Part shown: positions 7,265 through 9,424 of the stretch, in pieces
How the letters are laid out: each line of letters begins with the position of its first letter
Numbering within the stretch: the first letter of the stretch is position 1
IMG/VR virus record: IMGVR_UViG_2563366805_000008
From: a virus
Taxonomy: Duplodnaviria > Heunggongvirae > Uroviricota > Caudoviricetes
Direction: 5' to 3' (one strand)
Length of the DNA: 9,424 nucleotides
The notes under the pieces: generated by a model
What the model was told of the DNA's origin: nothing
Seen by the model: the letters and a program-made list of their open reading frames with translations, nothing else
Databases searched by the model: none
Position numbers and translations under genes: made by a program

Positions 7265-8839
7265 GAGGGGAATACCAACATCTCCGGCGTCACGGTGGTG
7301 TTCCGGGCCGGTGAGCAGGAGCAGACACCGCCGGAGGGATTTGAATCCTCCGGCTCCGAGACGGTGCTGGGTACGGAAGTGAAATACGACACGCCGATCA
7401 CCCGGACCATCACGTCGGCAAACATTGACCGACTGCGTTTTACCTTCGGCGTGCAGGCACTGGTGGAAACCACCTCAAAGGGGGACAGGAATCCGTCGGA
7501 AGTCCGCCTGCTGGTTCAGATACAGCGTAATGGTGGCTGGGTGACGGAAAAAGACATCACCATTAAGGGCAAAACCACCTCGCAGTATCTGGCCTCGGTG
7601 GTGGTGGGTAACCTGCCGCCGCGCCCGTTCAGTATACGGATGCGCAGGATGACGCCGGACAGCACCACAGACCAGCTGCAGAACAAAACGCTCTGGTCGT
7701 CATACACCGAAATCATCGATGTGAAACAGTGCTACCCGAACCAGAGCGGCACGGTGAATGGTGTCACGCCGCCAGCGGTGCAGCATCTGACCGCCGAAGT
7801 CACCGCAGACAGCGGGGAATACCAGGTGCTGGCCCGCTGGGACACGCCGAAGGTGGTGAAGGGCGTGAGCTTCCTGCTTCGCCTGACCGTGGCAGCGGAT
7901 GACGGCAGTGAGCGGCTGGTCAGCACGGCCCGGACGACGGAAACCACTTACCGCTTCACACAACTGGCTCTGGGGAACTACAGGCTGACAGTCCGGGCAG
8001 TAAATGCGTGGGGGCAGCAGGGCGATCCGGCGTCGGTATCGTTCCGGATTGCCGCACCGGCAGCGCCGTCGCGGATTGAGCTGACGCCGGGCTATTTTCA
8101 GATAACCGCCACGCCGCATCTTGCGGTTTATGATCCGACGGTACAGTTTGAGTTCTGGTTCTCGGAAAAGCGGATTGCGGATATCAGGCAGGTTGAAACC
8201 ACAGCACGCTATCTTGGCACGGCGCTGTACTGGATAGCCGCCAGTATCAATATCAGGCCGGGCCATAATTATTATTTTTACGTTCGCAGTGTGAACACCG
8301 TTGGCAAATCGGCATTCGTGGAGGCTGTTGGTCAGCCGAGTGATGACGCATCCGGCTATCTGGATTTTTTCAAAGGCGAGATAGGGAAAACCCATCTGGC
8401 TCAGGAGCTGTGGACGCAGATTGATAACGGTCAGCTTGCGCCTGACCTGGCTGAAATCAGGACATCCATTACGGATGTCAGCAATGAAATCACACAGACC
8501 GTCAATAAGAAACTGGAAGACCAGAGTGCGGCAATTCAGCAGATACAGAAGGTTCAGGTTGATACAAATAATAACCTGAACAGCATGTGGGCTGTGAAGC
8601 TGCAGCAGATGCAGGACGGACGCCTTTATATCGCGGGTATTGGTGCCGGTATTGAGAACACCCCTGACGGCATGCAGAGTCAGGTGCTGCTGGCGGCAGA
8701 CAGGATTGCGATGATTAATCCTGCGAATGGCAACATAAAGCCGATGTTTGTTGGGCAGGGCGATCAGATATTCATGAACGAAGTGTTCCTGAAACGCCTG
8801 ACGGCTCCCACCATTACCAGCGGCGGTAATCCTCCGGTA
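7265..8839 (+). pseudogene. J: remnant of host-specificity / tail-tip protein J: 5'-truncated, apparent internal in-frame deletion near 7741, 3' end replaced by fusion to tfa
   Basis: Frame opens at 7244 after TAG 7241-7243; first possible start is GTG 7295. Homology to my recollection of lambda J begins near codon 56 ([20 protein letters not shown]...), runs to ...[10 protein letters not shown], then jumps to [20 protein letters not shown] (FN3-like region) and ends at ...[16 protein letters not shown]. No J N-terminus and no receptor-binding C-terminus. Confidence 0.65.
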
Positions 8840-9424
8840 ATGGCATTCAGAATGAGTGAACAACCACGGACCATAAAAATTTATAATCTGCTGGCCGGAA
8901 CTAATGAATTTATTGGTGAAGGTGACGCATATATTCCGCCTCATACAGGTCTGCCAGCAAACAGTACCGATATTGCACCGCCAGATATTCCGGCTGGCTT
9001 TGTGGCTGTTTTCAACAGTGATGAGGCATCGTGGCATCTCGTTGAAGATCATCGGGGAAAAACCGTCTATGACGTGGCTTCCGGCGACGCGTTATTTATT
9101 TCTGAACTTGGCTCGTTACCGGAAAATGTCACCTGGTTATCGCCGGAAGGGGAATATCAGAAGTGGAACGGCACAGCCTGGGTGAAGGATACGGAAGCAG
9201 AAAAACTGTTCCGGATCCGGGAGGCGGAAGAAACAAAAAACAGCCTGATGCAGGTAGCCAGTGAGCATATAGCGCCACTTCAGGATGCTGTAGATCTGGA
9301 GATCGCAACGGAGGAAGAAACCTCATTGCTGGAAGCCTGGAAAAAATATCGGGTGTTGCTGAACCGTGTTAATACAACAACTGCACCGGATATTGAATGG
9401 CCAACAGTACCCATTATCGAATAG
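8840..9424 (+). CDS. tfa: tail fiber assembly protein Tfa (194 aa), in frame with the upstream J remnant
   Basis: [49 protein letters not shown]... through ...[11 protein letters not shown] matches remembered lambda/e14 Tfa over its full length. ATG 8840; stop TAG 9422-9424 at the window end. No good SD upstream, and a TAA at 8838-8840 in another frame suggests a relic of the former stf stop. Confidence 0.75.
   Translation: MAFRMSEQPRTIKIYNLLAGTNEFIGEGDAYIPPHTGLPANSTDIAPPDIPAGFVAVFNSDEASWHLVEDHRGKTVYDVASGDALFISELGSLPENVTWLSPEGEYQKWNGTAWVKDTEAEKLFRIREAEETKNSLMQVASEHIAPLQDAVDLEIATEEETSLLEAWKKYRVLLNRVNTTTAPDIEWPTVPIIE

Noticed and set aside
7700-9052. 450-aa ORF on the minus strand, antisense to the J/tfa frame
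   Set aside because: It lies entirely within a well-supported sense gene, has no recognisable motifs, RBS or compositional signal, and long antisense frames are common opposite GC-rich coding sequence. Treated as spurious.
1-9424. CRISPR array, rRNA, IS element or integrase/att site
   Set aside because: No regularly spaced direct repeats, no rRNA-like sequence, and no transposase or integrase-like ORF in any frame.

Overview
This window looks like a segment of a defective lambdoid prophage (DLP12/lambda-like), oriented with the phage late operon on the + strand. All family assignments come from reading the supplied translations against remembered protein families; no database search was run. 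Left to right: an orphan 107-aa ORF (112-435); an AT-rich, self-contained gene for an HNH nuclease fused to an unrecognised C-terminal domain (610-1392); the nin-region block ybcN(ninB-like)-ninE-ybcO-rusA-ylcG with overlapping start/stop codons (1585-2989); antiterminator Q (3075-3458) followed by a hairpin-rich late-promoter/terminator interval; an intact nmpC/Lc-type porin gene on the minus strand (3648-4745) with a ~590-bp AT-rich upstream region; the lysis cassette with S21-type pinholin, SAR endolysin and Rz with embedded Rz1 (5335-6505); bor on the minus strand (6537-6830); then, with no cos, terminase, head or tail genes in between, a remnant of host-specificity gene J fused in frame to a full-length tfa that ends at the window edge (7265-9424). 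The strongest candidate for something undescribed is the HNH-fusion gene at 610-1392, which has its own promoter-like and terminator-like signals and sits where lambdoid phages carry exclusion cargo. I saw no CRISPR array, rRNA, tRNA or IS element.
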